Positions 37,707 through 47,587 of a stretch of 64,000 nt of DNA are shown in pieces. The translations under genes and the position numbers were made by a program. Source of the stretch: Chitinivibrionales bacterium (lineage in GTDB: Bacteria > Fibrobacterota > Chitinivibrionia > Chitinivibrionales > WJKA01); NCBI GenBank assembly GCA_038247415.1, contig JBBRUX010000002.1, positions 32,001 to 96,000 on the forward strand, written 5' to 3'. The notes beneath the pieces are model-generated. The model saw nothing but the letters and a program-made list of their open reading frames with translations. It had not been told where the DNA came from and ran no database searches. Position 1 is the stretch's first letter, and the number at the start of each line of letters is the position of its first letter.

Positions 37707-39242
37707 ATGGAGTCGCTCATGCTTGATGCCCTCATCCTCGTTCTTATTTGTATACTTTCTTACTATTTAAAACGTTCCTATTTTAATCTTCCTCTCGATA
37801 GAGATTATGGCGGCCATGGTTATGTTGCTTATTCGTGGTTGCACAAGCGCGGGCTCATGTATCGGGATATCTACGAGAGTAAAACGCCCTTACTTAAAAT
37901 TATTTACATCATAATCTTTAAGATATACGGAATTACCCGCATTGGATTTAGAAAATTTTTAGCACAGTACACAACCCTTTCTATACTAACGCTTTATTGC
38001 GTTGGGCTCTTGCTTGACTCTTCGCATACGGGGCTCATTATGGCTGGCCTCTTTGGTCTCGCATCTTGTATTCCGTCATTATGGTGGCATTTTTCCAATA
38101 CCGAAAGCTACTACATTCTTCCAACCTCTCTAAGCTTTCTCTTTCTCGTACTCATGCTTACGCATCCACATAGCTCAATCACTCATTTGTATACTTTTTT
38201 AGCGGGGCTTTTTTGTGCCATTGCGTTTATGTTCAAACAGCCCGCTCTCATAAATACAGGGCTGCCTCAATTTATTTTTCTTTCCCTTCCCCCGGTTTTT
38301 TCTATTATTACAGTATCTATGTATCTTGCAGGATTTGCAATCCCCTTTGCACTTTTTTTTATATACTTTGTAATCATACACAAAACACCAATTACCGATA
38401 CTCCGTTTGGCATAAAGCTTCTTAAAATCATTCGTCAATATCATGCCTCCCCTCTTTTCAAAAAAAATCCAGCAACAACCCATTATCACAGAATCCGACT
38501 CAAAGGCATTTTTACCGATTGTATGTTACTCATCGTTTTTGGCATTATTGGATCATGGTGCGCATTTAATACAGGCACCCCGCAACACGCACTCATGCTC
38601 ATGTGGCTGGGCTGTGCAATCGTAAGTATCATCATTAGCCGAACATATCTTCCCTATCATTTCATTCCCCTCATTGCCCCCCTTTCGATATTAAGTGGAA
38701 TTGCTATTGCAAACCTTTTTGCGCATGCTTCTCACGTTCCCTTTTCGCAACTAAATTTTTATGGCATTGGAGCTCTTCTCGTACTCAGTTGCTTTTTTCT
38801 CTATCAGCTCATTAACGATCTCCTTGTAATGCCTCATGTACTTATCGGAAATTTTTATTCTGGCGAAGATGGCCTCTACACTTCCTGCGAAGATGCTGGC
38901 AACTATATAAAGGCACATAGCACCCCTGATGATTATGTCTATTCCTGGGGGCATGAAGCAACCATCTATCTCTGGTCCCAGCGACGATGCCCCTCGCGAA
39001 TGATATTCCCTCCTGTCATGAATCCAAGCATGTTTTCTAAAGATCAGGTCGCAGCAGAATATTCTTCACTCATACGTAATATGCCAAAATTTTTTGTAAT
39101 CACATCAACCTTCGATGGTTTTAAAGAATTCGAAATGCTCGTTTCGTATAATTATGTTTTAGATAAAAAATTTGAACCCGGCGTGTATGTTTTCAAACGA
39201 CGAGAACAAGCACAACCCATCGCACCAACGGTAGCTCCATGA
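37707..39242 (+). CDS. Polytopic membrane glycosyltransferase (GT-C, ArnT/PMT-like)
   Basis: LDRDYGGHGY, YRDIYESKTP, NTESY, FMFKQ, YLPYHFIPL and a periplasmic C-terminal YVYSWG...IYLWSQR. Confidence 0.75.
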   Translation: MESLMLDALILVLICILSYYLKRSYFNLPLDRDYGGHGYVAYSWLHKRGLMYRDIYESKTPLLKIIYIIIFKIYGITRIGFRKFLAQYTTLSILTLYCVGLLLDSSHTGLIMAGLFGLASCIPSLWWHFSNTESYYILPTSLSFLFLVLMLTHPHSSITHLYTFLAGLFCAIAFMFKQPALINTGLPQFIFLSLPPVFSIITVSMYLAGFAIPFALFFIYFVIIHKTPITDTPFGIKLLKIIRQYHASPLFKKNPATTHYHRIRLKGIFTDCMLLIVFGIIGSWCAFNTGTPQHALMLMWLGCAIVSIIISRTYLPYHFIPLIAPLSILSGIAIANLFAHASHVPFSQLNFYGIGALLVLSCFFLYQLINDLLVMPHVLIGNFYSGEDGLYTSCEDAGNYIKAHSTPDDYVYSWGHEATIYLWSQRRCPSRMIFPPVMNPSMFSKDQVAAEYSSLIRNMPKFFVITSTFDGFKEFEMLVSYNYVLDKKFEPGVYVFKRREQAQPIAPTVAP

Positions 39243-40141
39243 TCACCGATTTCCACAAACGCAAAGAAGAAATTTGCGAGTTGGTTATGAAGCACTATCA
39301 GACCACCTTCTCTAAAATTTTCCCTCAAGGAACCGATTTTACTGCCTTAGCCCAGGAACTTCTTAGCGAGCAAAAGGCTTCCGATGAATTATTTCGCTTA
39401 GAAAAAACCATTGGTACCTCGTTAGCGCACAAAAAGGTTCTTGAAATTGGCAGCGGATATGGGATGGTTGTGTGTACAGGAATTAAAAACTTTCAGGCAG
39501 AAATGCACGGCATTGAACCGGGAGAACAATTTAGCGGAAGCTTTTCTTTATCTCAGGAAATATGTACTGCATACTCAATAGATCCCGCATGTATACAACG
39601 CGGCGTTGGTGAAGCCCTCCCTTATGCACCTAATACCTTTGATGTTGTGTATTCCTCAAACGTTCTCGAACACGTAAATGATCCTCAAAAGGTTCTTGCG
39701 GAGTCTATTCGTGTTTGTAAAGAAGATGGTTTTGTCGTATGCGTAGTACCAAATTATGGCTCTTTTTGGGAAGGGCACTACGGATTTTTCTTTTTGCCCC
39801 ACTCACCAAAATGGGCTCTTAAACTAATTGCCCGATTTTTAGGTCGAGACCCTTCTTTTATTGATACCTTGCAACTCGTAACATTTGGTAAACTTACAAA
39901 GTGGCTCGCATCAATACAAGAACCTTTTGAAATTATAGGATGGGGAGAAGATTTGTTTGCTCATAGATTACGCACTCTTGATATTGCTGCGTGGGCACTG
40001 CTATCTCGTGTTGTCGTTCTTGCAAAACTTCTTAAGAATTTAAAGATTACTGAACTTGCACTCTGGTTTTCTCGGATATTTCATTGGGAAACCCCTTTTG
40101 TTGTGGTTCTTAAAAAGGGCCGATCTAAAGGCTCCACATAA
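39239..40141 (+). CDS. Class I SAM-dependent methyltransferase
   Basis: VLEIGSGYG, GEALPY, FDVVYSSNVLEHV and PNYGSFWEGHY. Confidence 0.88.
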   Translation: MITDFHKRKEEICELVMKHYQTTFSKIFPQGTDFTALAQELLSEQKASDELFRLEKTIGTSLAHKKVLEIGSGYGMVVCTGIKNFQAEMHGIEPGEQFSGSFSLSQEICTAYSIDPACIQRGVGEALPYAPNTFDVVYSSNVLEHVNDPQKVLAESIRVCKEDGFVVCVVPNYGSFWEGHYGFFFLPHSPKWALKLIARFLGRDPSFIDTLQLVTFGKLTKWLASIQEPFEIIGWGEDLFAHRLRTLDIAAWALLSRVVVLAKLLKNLKITELALWFSRIFHWETPFVVVLKKGRSKGST

Positions 40142-40311
40142 CCAAGAACTGTTCTCGCTTAAAGTAATACATCGTGCAGGAACGCTGTTGGGGTGAAAAA
40201 TGGAATCATCAAAAAATACAATCTGTTGTTTCTTTTGAAAAGGTAAGCTGGTAAGATGATTTTCACAAAAGATATGAAAGATATCATTGAGCTTTTTGAA
40301 AAGCATACCGT

Positions 40312-41142
40312 TCAATACACCCGCCCCCCAAATTTCCACGAATTCCCGTTTCGTTTAATTATGTAGGTGCTTTTTAGATCAATCGCGGCTATACTTCCAA
40401 GCCATTTTTCAATGGCAGCCTTAGGAATATAGCGTGTTTGCGGTGTTACTAATTGATCAAAGGCAACATGATGAAAAAACGAAAACTCCCTTTGCACAAT
40501 CCACACAGCATATTCAAAGAGCGGCAATTTTTTAACAATCGGATTATTCTTAAATCGAGATACTATGTGAGCATATATAAAGAAGGGAATTACCAAAGGC
40601 AATGCTAGGCAATATTTTGAAATAAACCACGGAAGCCTGCTTGCAATCATTCTGACCGGGTCAACAAACATCCTGATCGTTGCGTTTCCTTCTTGAGCAT
40701 ATACCCAGCAATGAAATGCTCCACCAGCGGAAACATTGCGAACTACCGATTGAAATCCTTTAAAAGGGTCTTTGAGGTGATGTAATACTCCTATACAATA
40801 GACCACATCAAACCCTTTGCTTATATACTCTGTTAAGTCGGTTTGATAAATAGCATATTTTTGATCGACGTAATGAGACATGTTTTTATACGCAGATAAA
40901 ACCGAATCACCAAGATCAACACCTTCCAAATAGCGCGGTTTCCAACTCGCCATGTGTACCATAAGCGATGCATTTCCACAGCCTAATTCAAGTACCCGTT
41001 TATTTTCAACGTATTCTTTTGTCAAAGGGTACATCCACTCTTCAAACTGTGCAGCGGTATATACCGATCCCTGCGGCAAATTGTTCCAGGACGATGCAAA
41101 CCGATTGGCTGTTTCGTGATCGGTGGACTTTTGTTGCATCAT
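40312..41142 (-). CDS. Class I SAM-dependent methyltransferase
   Basis: VLELGCGNA, GVDLG and FDVVYCIGVLHHL. Start ATG 41142 overlaps the upstream stop. Confidence 0.88.
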   Translation of the reverse strand: MMQQKSTDHETANRFASSWNNLPQGSVYTAAQFEEWMYPLTKEYVENKRVLELGCGNASLMVHMASWKPRYLEGVDLGDSVLSAYKNMSHYVDQKYAIYQTDLTEYISKGFDVVYCIGVLHHLKDPFKGFQSVVRNVSAGGAFHCWVYAQEGNATIRMFVDPVRMIASRLPWFISKYCLALPLVIPFFIYAHIVSRFKNNPIVKKLPLFEYAVWIVQREFSFFHHVAFDQLVTPQTRYIPKAAIEKWLGSIAAIDLKSTYIIKRNGNSWKFGGRVY

Positions 41143-41852
41143 ACTTCTGCCCTTGGTTTTATTTTGCCAACTACAATAATAATGTCCCCAATACCAGGAA
41201 CACCACACCCAAGAATCCAATACGCTACATACCCTAAAAATTTTCTGAGGCCTGTCATAGGTTTAGAATCGGCTGCAATACCAGCCGAAAGGTTTCTATA
41301 CAAAGGCGAATAAATCGGCCACCCCCAATGCTTATATAGTACAATATCAAACCCCGATCCTTTGAGTTTATCGCAGAGCTCATTCTTTTTGTAGTTTCGC
41401 ACATGTCCTACATTTTTTTCAAATTCTCGCATTCGTCCTTCAAGGGTGGCTATTACTATGTATCCCGAACATGCTTTAGCCAAATTAGTAAATGCCTGTT
41501 GGTCTTCTTCGATGTGCTCTGCAACATCTACAAGGGTGATACAATCATAGGTTCCCTCTGGTGGTTTCGACACAACATCCGCAGCCCACAAAGTTGCAGC
41601 TGGGATGTTTTTTTTAGCCAGTTCTATTGCAGTATCCGAAATATCAACACCAAAGAATGAGCACGCAGGATACTTGGCTGCCGCTTGTCGTAAAAAGATT
41701 CCAGGCCCGCAACCTACATCTAAAAGCGTTTTAAATGAAAAACGAGAACATGCATTAAGCACAAGCCTACGAACATGGCGTGACATTGGACCATGAATTT
41801 TCATGTCTTCCCATTCACGCCAATGAGCATCGTATATTTTTTTTTCGTCCAT
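41139..41852 (-). CDS. Class I SAM-dependent methyltransferase
   Basis: LLDVGCGPG, GVDIS, DVAEHIEED and GHVRNY. Likely start ATG 41852. Confidence 0.88.
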   Translation of the reverse strand: MDEKKIYDAHWREWEDMKIHGPMSRHVRRLVLNACSRFSFKTLLDVGCGPGIFLRQAAAKYPACSFFGVDISDTAIELAKKNIPAATLWAADVVSKPPEGTYDCITLVDVAEHIEEDQQAFTNLAKACSGYIVIATLEGRMREFEKNVGHVRNYKKNELCDKLKGSGFDIVLYKHWGWPIYSPLYRNLSAGIAADSKPMTGLRKFLGYVAYWILGCGVPGIGDIIIVVGKIKPRAEV

Positions 41853-41856
41853 TTTA

Positions 41857-42645
41857 TCAACTCTTTCGTTTAAAAACAAATTGATTACAACCCGTCGGAA
41901 CTGTTGCTTCAATAACCCTGATACATTCAAAATTGGCTTTTTTAAAAACAGCTTTACATTCATCGACAGTCATATATTCATACGGATACCCACCAACCCA
42001 ATCGACAACATCAAAATAAAAATCCATCCCGCGTGATTGCTTAAAAGGATCCTGTCGGGTAACAATAGCTTTTGCAATCATAATAACGGGGTATAAAAGT
42101 GCTACCAAAAACTTTTGTATACATTTTGGGCTTTTGCAATACGTCCATTTGATAATTCTCCATATCCAGCTTGTCCAGTGCGTATTATACAATGCAAGAA
42201 CACAATATCCTTCTTGTGTTACCAGAGACATTGCTGTCTCCAGCGCTTTTTTTAAATTTCCAGTATGATGCAGCACACCCCACGAATGCACAATATCAAA
42301 GCCCCGTTCATCGGGAGATTCTTTACGTACCAAATCGCACACCGAAGTATCTAAAATCGATCCCATACAAATGCGAATATCGGTCGTTGTTTTTAGAGCC
42401 TTAGCTGTTAATGCCAAAGCGTCTCTGCACGTTGGGTTAATATCATTTCCTACTACCTTAGCGCCATAATAACGCGCCAATAAAATACTAAGACCTTGAC
42501 CAAACCCTATGTCTAAAAATGTTTTACCCTTGAGAGGAACACCATCCAACAAATGCATAAAATCAGCTTTAGCCTGATCTATTTTAACCGATGTTAATGC
42601 TTCACGCGAAAAGGCTTTCCAGTTTTTTCCAAAATCAAATTGCAT
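41857..42645 (-). CDS. Class I SAM-dependent methyltransferase
   Basis: FDFGKNW, FLDIGFGQG, FDIVHSWGVLHHTG and DWVGGYPYE. Confidence 0.88.
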   Translation of the reverse strand: MQFDFGKNWKAFSREALTSVKIDQAKADFMHLLDGVPLKGKTFLDIGFGQGLSILLARYYGAKVVGNDINPTCRDALALTAKALKTTTDIRICMGSILDTSVCDLVRKESPDERGFDIVHSWGVLHHTGNLKKALETAMSLVTQEGYCVLALYNTHWTSWIWRIIKWTYCKSPKCIQKFLVALLYPVIMIAKAIVTRQDPFKQSRGMDFYFDVVDWVGGYPYEYMTVDECKAVFKKANFECIRVIEATVPTGCNQFVFKRKS

Positions 42646-42669
42646 GGTATCCTGTATCCTTTACGTACT

Positions 42670-43797
42670 TTAAGAAATTATGCGCTTTGCAGATGCGCTC
42701 CACGAAAACTCGGTTTCTGCAATACTTCGGGATTGTTTTCCCATTGTTTGCCAATCTGCATCAAACCACATATACCGAAACGCTTCTTGAAGCGCACTAG
42801 AATTAAGTAGTTCACTATATATTCCATTGACATTTTGAGTACACACTTCATTATTTCCAGAAACGTTACTAGTAATAAGCGGTAACCCACACGCCATGGC
42901 TTCGAGCATCGTGTTAGACATCCCTTCTTCTGAGGAGGGATTCACAAAACAAAAAGCTTGCTGATATAACTGTTTTAAAGTTTCCTTATCCTGCCATCCC
43001 ATAATCTTTACATACTGTTCTTGCGGGTCCAAAGCACGTGCTTCGTGCTGCAATTTTTTACCAAGAGGGCCATCGCCCACAAAAAGCATAAGTGCCTCTG
43101 CAGAGTTGTTCTTAGTAAAATGCATAAATGCGTTTAAAATTGCGCTGCAGTTTTTTTGAGGAACAAATCTTCCCACAAAGAGAAATGTTTTTTTGAAGCG
43201 CGAAATACTAGAGGGCATAAAAAATTGAGTGTCTACACCATTAGGAATTTTTTCCACTAAAACATTGTGTTGCGTAGCTGTTTTTTGAGCAAGATCTTTT
43301 AAACCAGTACTATTCGCAATAACACGACTCGCCTTTTTCCATATATATTTTGTAATTGGCGCAGTAAGCGTATGATACAGGTGTAATTCTTTGTTTAAAA
43401 ATCCTGGAACATCGCCACCACGTAAGAGAATGATATACGGTATTTTTCTGCAAACCTTCAACATACTGGCCACAATACCTGTAGGAAGTGCAAAAAAGGA
43501 AATGCACTGATCATACGATTCTCGTTTTTTTTGTATGTAAATGTATGCAAATGCGCAAAGCACATATTTTAACATTTCAAACAAGGTAGAAGATTCTTTG
43601 CGTTTACGACCTAGTGACAGCCTATAAATAATTTCACCATGTAAACCTTTTTCTTTGCAAGGATATCCTTTAAACCCTGTGGTAATTATCGATACCGTAT
43701 GACCTGCTTTCGCCCATTCTCGTGCCAAAAAGTACGTAGCATTACCAGCCCCGCCCCCCAAAGGAGGATATTCATAATTGAGAACCAATAAATTCAT
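42670..43797 (-). CDS. Glycosyltransferase family 4
   Basis: NYEYPPLGGGAG, IPNGVD, FVGRFVPQKN and EGMSNTMLEAMACGLP (EX7E). Confidence 0.9.
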   Translation of the reverse strand: MNLLVLNYEYPPLGGGAGNATYFLAREWAKAGHTVSIITTGFKGYPCKEKGLHGEIIYRLSLGRKRKESSTLFEMLKYVLCAFAYIYIQKKRESYDQCISFFALPTGIVASMLKVCRKIPYIILLRGGDVPGFLNKELHLYHTLTAPITKYIWKKASRVIANSTGLKDLAQKTATQHNVLVEKIPNGVDTQFFMPSSISRFKKTFLFVGRFVPQKNCSAILNAFMHFTKNNSAEALMLFVGDGPLGKKLQHEARALDPQEQYVKIMGWQDKETLKQLYQQAFCFVNPSSEEGMSNTMLEAMACGLPLITSNVSGNNEVCTQNVNGIYSELLNSSALQEAFRYMWFDADWQTMGKQSRSIAETEFSWSASAKRIIS

Positions 43798-43986
43798 AGC
43801 ATACTTTTTAAGAAAAGATTTTTTAAAGGGCCACAGCTCGTCGTAACTCTAATAAATTCATTCTATAATAGCGCAATAAATTCTGCACGATAAATTTAAG
43901 TCCCTGCTTTTTGGGCAATGATTAAATAACAGTCAAATGTGCAGCAATGTATTTTTGATTCTCACCTGGGACTAAGGAGCAATGGT

Positions 43987-45420
43987 ATGGAACTCGAATC
44001 ACTTCATGAAGAATGCGGTGTATTTGGCGTATATAATAACCCCGACGCTGCTCGTTTAACCTATCTCGGGTTATATGCGCTTCAACATCGTGGACAAGAA
44101 AGCTCGGGGATCGTTGTATCCGATGGTTCTAACCTTACCCGCCATGTTGGTATGGGGCTTGTTAATCAAGTATTTAGGCACAAAGAAATCTTTCATAAAT
44201 TGCCTGGTATGCATGCCATTGGACACAATCGGTATTCTACCACCGGTTCTTCTACTATTGCAAACGCCCAACCAATTCTTATCGATTTTAAAGCAGGTCA
44301 ATTAGCAGGCGGCCATAACGGCAATCTTATTAATGCCGCTAGCCTTCGTAAAAAAATGGAATACGATGGTTCTATTTTTGTTTCAACAACCGATTCTGAA
44401 GTTATAATGCATTTAATTGCTCGTTCACGTCACGAATTAATAGATTCGATGATTCTCGATGCCCTATCCCGCGTAAAAGGTGCCTTTTCTATAGTTTTTC
44501 TCTCTAAGGATTGTTTGTATGGTGCACGTGATCCCCGTGGTGTAAGACCATTATTACTCGGAAAATTAAAAGATAGCTATTTTCTTTCCTCCGAAACATG
44601 TGCATTTGATCTTGTGGGTGCAGAAACTATTCGTGAAATTGAACCCGGAGAAATGGTTCGCATTAAGGATGGACAAGTACAAAGTTTTACCATTCCTGTT
44701 TTTGAAAAAGTAGAACGACCAGCGCATTGCGTTTTTGAATTCGTTTATTTTTCTCGCCCCGATAGCTTTGTTTTTGGTGCCAATGTCGACAAAGTTCGTA
44801 GACGCTTGGGGCGCCAACTTGCTAAAGAACATCCGGTTCCCGATGCTGATCTTGTTATGGGTGTACCCGATTCTGCAACAACCGCCGCTTTGGGCTTTGC
44901 ACAGGAATCTGGCGTGCGATTTGATATAGGTCTTATACGCAATCATTATGTTGGAAGAACCTTTATTCAACCTGCTCAGTCCGGACGCGATTTTGGCGTT
45001 AGAGTAAAATTTAATCCTGTCAAGGGTGTTCTTAAAGGTAAAAAAATTATTTTGGTCGACGACTCAATTGTGCGTGGCACCACAATGCGCAAAATTGTAC
45101 GCCTTATAAAAACAGCCGAGCCTGCAGAAATTCATTTACGTATTTCGTCGCCTCCTATTCTGTGTCCTTGCTTTTATGGAATCGATATGCCCACTAAAGA
45201 TGAGCTTGTAGCCTCGGCAAATACCACAGAACAAATTCGTCAATATCTCGAAGTCGATTCTCTAGGGTATCTCTCAATCGAGGGAATGCTTTCGGTTGTT
45301 CCACAACCAGCAGAGAATTACTGTGCAGCATGCTTCAATGGCAAATATCCTATGGATCCCGGAGACGAGCCAAAAGCCGAAATTGTTAAAAAAAATCCAA
45401 TTGAGGTAGAACTTTTTTAA
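43987..45420 (+). CDS. purF: Amidophosphoribosyltransferase
   Basis: HEECGVFG, LQHRGQES, GHNRYST, CVFEFVYFSRPDS, VDDSIVRGTT, CFYGID and CAACF. Confidence 0.96.
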   Translation: MELESLHEECGVFGVYNNPDAARLTYLGLYALQHRGQESSGIVVSDGSNLTRHVGMGLVNQVFRHKEIFHKLPGMHAIGHNRYSTTGSSTIANAQPILIDFKAGQLAGGHNGNLINAASLRKKMEYDGSIFVSTTDSEVIMHLIARSRHELIDSMILDALSRVKGAFSIVFLSKDCLYGARDPRGVRPLLLGKLKDSYFLSSETCAFDLVGAETIREIEPGEMVRIKDGQVQSFTIPVFEKVERPAHCVFEFVYFSRPDSFVFGANVDKVRRRLGRQLAKEHPVPDADLVMGVPDSATTAALGFAQESGVRFDIGLIRNHYVGRTFIQPAQSGRDFGVRVKFNPVKGVLKGKKIILVDDSIVRGTTMRKIVRLIKTAEPAEIHLRISSPPILCPCFYGIDMPTKDELVASANTTEQIRQYLEVDSLGYLSIEGMLSVVPQPAENYCAACFNGKYPMDPGDEPKAEIVKKNPIEVELF

Positions 45421-45426
45421 ATAGCT

Positions 45427-46236
45427 GTGCGCAGTGCTATGAACATTACTTTTCTAGGAACTGGTACATCGCACGGCGTTCCCACCATCGATTGTACGAT
45501 TGCCTCAAAACGTCACCACGCAGCCTGCGTTTGTGCAAAAGCACATTCGAATCCTCGCTATAAACGCACTCGCTGTTCTCTTTTAATTTCTTTAGATTCA
45601 CATACGATACTTATCGACGTATCCCTAGATTTTAGAGAACAAATGCTAGCGCATACGGTTCGATCCATTGATACGGTACTCATAACACATGCACATGCAG
45701 ATCATATTGGGGGCATGCCCGATATACGCTCGTATACTCACGATGCCACACATCCTCTCCCCGTTTATGGTTCATTCGAAACCCTCACGCGCGTTAAGGA
45801 AACCTTTGGATATATTTTCGATCCCGCAACCTTTGTTGGAGGCGGTATTCCTTATTTGTCACTTAATCCTATACATGCACCTTTTTTAATAAACTCATTC
45901 AAAATTACACCAATTCCCGTAACTCACGGAAATTTATTAGGCTGCTATGGCTTTCGCATCAATGGTCTTGTGTATATCCCCGACCTTAAATCCATGACCG
46001 AAGAATCCTATCTACTTTGTAAAGGTGCAGATGTTCTCATTATAAATTGTATGCGCATAGAGCGTGAGCATGTTTCACATTTAATTGTTTCCGAAAGCCT
46101 TGCGCTTGCTCGTAAAATTGGTGCCAAGCAAACGTTTTTTACGCACATGAGCCACGAGGTCGATTTTAGCATTCATTCTGCTCTGCTGGATCAATCTATG
46201 GCATTTGCATATGATGGTTTAACTTTTTCTTTATAA
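45427..46236 (+). CDS. Metallo-beta-lactamase-fold hydrolase (PhnP-like)
   Basis: FLGTGTSHGVP, THAHADHIGG and THMSH. Confidence 0.88.
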   Translation: MRSAMNITFLGTGTSHGVPTIDCTIASKRHHAACVCAKAHSNPRYKRTRCSLLISLDSHTILIDVSLDFREQMLAHTVRSIDTVLITHAHADHIGGMPDIRSYTHDATHPLPVYGSFETLTRVKETFGYIFDPATFVGGGIPYLSLNPIHAPFLINSFKITPIPVTHGNLLGCYGFRINGLVYIPDLKSMTEESYLLCKGADVLIINCMRIEREHVSHLIVSESLALARKIGAKQTFFTHMSHEVDFSIHSALLDQSMAFAYDGLTFSL

Positions 46237-46252
46237 TATATCTGGGAGTAGT

Positions 46253-46930
46253 ATGGAAAAATACAAAGAGGAATTTATCGAATTTATGGTGTCTGCAGGG
46301 GTTCTTACCTTTGGCGACTTTACAACAAAAAGCGGAAGAAAAACACCCTTTTTTATTAATACCGGTAATTATAAAACCGGTAAGCAGCTCTCCCTCTTGG
46401 GTGATTTTTACGCCGCAGCAATAGAGCATAATTTTCCAGAACCTCTCAATGCATTGTTTGGGCCTGCATATAAAGGAATTCCTTTGGCTACGGCTGCATC
46501 AATTTCTCTCTTTACAAAATTTAACAGAAACGTTGGGTCTTGTTTTAATCGTAAAGAAGCAAAAGATCATGGTGAAGGCGGTGTAATTGTGGGCTATAAA
46601 CCAACCGATAACGATCGTATTCTAATTATAGAAGATGTTACAACTGCAGGAACCTCCATTCGCGAAACAATTCCATTGCTTGCTAATTGTGGAAAAATTA
46701 CTATTGCAGGTCTTATTGTTTCGGTAGATCGTATGGAACGGGGAACGGGAATTAAAAGTGCCCTCACCGAAATTCAAAACTCGTTTGGCATTAAAACAGC
46801 CGCTATTGTAAACCTCGAAGAAATTGTTTCACATCTTTATAATAAGCCAATCAATGGCACTATTATTCTCACCGAAGAAATCTTTAGCCGTATTCTAGAC
46901 TATAAAAAACTATATGGTGCCCAAGTATGA
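46253..46930 (+). CDS. pyrE: Orotate phosphoribosyltransferase
   Basis: FGDFTTKSGRKTPFF, FGPAYKGIP, NRKEAKDHGEGG and IEDVTTAGTS. Confidence 0.96.
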   Translation: MEKYKEEFIEFMVSAGVLTFGDFTTKSGRKTPFFINTGNYKTGKQLSLLGDFYAAAIEHNFPEPLNALFGPAYKGIPLATAASISLFTKFNRNVGSCFNRKEAKDHGEGGVIVGYKPTDNDRILIIEDVTTAGTSIRETIPLLANCGKITIAGLIVSVDRMERGTGIKSALTEIQNSFGIKTAAIVNLEEIVSHLYNKPINGTIILTEEIFSRILDYKKLYGAQV

Positions 46931-47481
46931 AACGTGTAGACGAAAATCCACCCGATAGGTTTCCGCTACGGCCAATAGCAGAGCATGACAATCCCTGGTG
47001 GATCGCTAAAGTAAAGCCCCGCCAGGAAAAGGCGCTTGCTATCGATTTTATTGAAAAAAATGTCGAATACTATTTGCCTATGTTTACAAAAGTCACACGC
47101 CGTGCCGACAATAATAAGCCGCGCAAATCTGTTTTACCGCTCTTTCCAGGATATATTTGTTTTTGTGCTGAAAGAGGAACACAACGATCGATTTTTACAA
47201 CAGGAAGAGTAGTTTCAGTTCTTGAGGTTCGTCATCAAGCAAAACTAATTCGGGAACTCGATCAGATATATCGTGGGTTTTTAGCAGGATCGGAGCTTGA
47301 ACCACTCGATTATGGCATTCAGCCCGGCATGTCTGTTATGGTGCAATCGGGTTCTTTAAAAGGAATTACAGGAATTGTTTCACGTATCCATAATACCGAT
47401 AAACTTGTTTTGTCGGTGGAAGGGCTTGGATTAGCCGCCATGATTATAGATCTTGCTTTAGTAAAGCCAATACAAGTTTAA
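46927..47481 (+). CDS. Specialised NusG paralogue (UpxY/RfaH/LoaP-like antiterminator)
   Basis: NGN domain WWIAKVKPRQEK...YYLPM...PLFPGYICF and KOW-like PGMSVMVQSGSLKGITG. Confidence 0.85.
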   Translation: MKRVDENPPDRFPLRPIAEHDNPWWIAKVKPRQEKALAIDFIEKNVEYYLPMFTKVTRRADNNKPRKSVLPLFPGYICFCAERGTQRSIFTTGRVVSVLEVRHQAKLIRELDQIYRGFLAGSELEPLDYGIQPGMSVMVQSGSLKGITGIVSRIHNTDKLVLSVEGLGLAAMIIDLALVKPIQV

Positions 47482-47536
47482 GGTTTAATACCAATCGGCC
47501 CAGAAGCCTTTGGCCCCTTGTCGATGGGTGCCCTTG

Positions 47537-47555
47537 CGTTTCGAGGTGCTCAACG
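47537..47555. repeat. REP-like hairpin with TTCGA-nnn-GCTCA core between convergent genes
   Basis: cgtttcgaggtgctcaacg shares the TTCGAnnnGCTCA core with the hairpin at 3297-3315. Confidence 0.45.
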
Positions 47556-47587
47556 ATCGGCACAGGGGGTTTTCGGTCAAGCACTAT

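Noticed and set aside
40040..40339. 99-aa ORF bridging the convergent methyltransferase genes
   Set aside because: It overlaps both neighbours and has no recognisable motif; at most a gene remnant.
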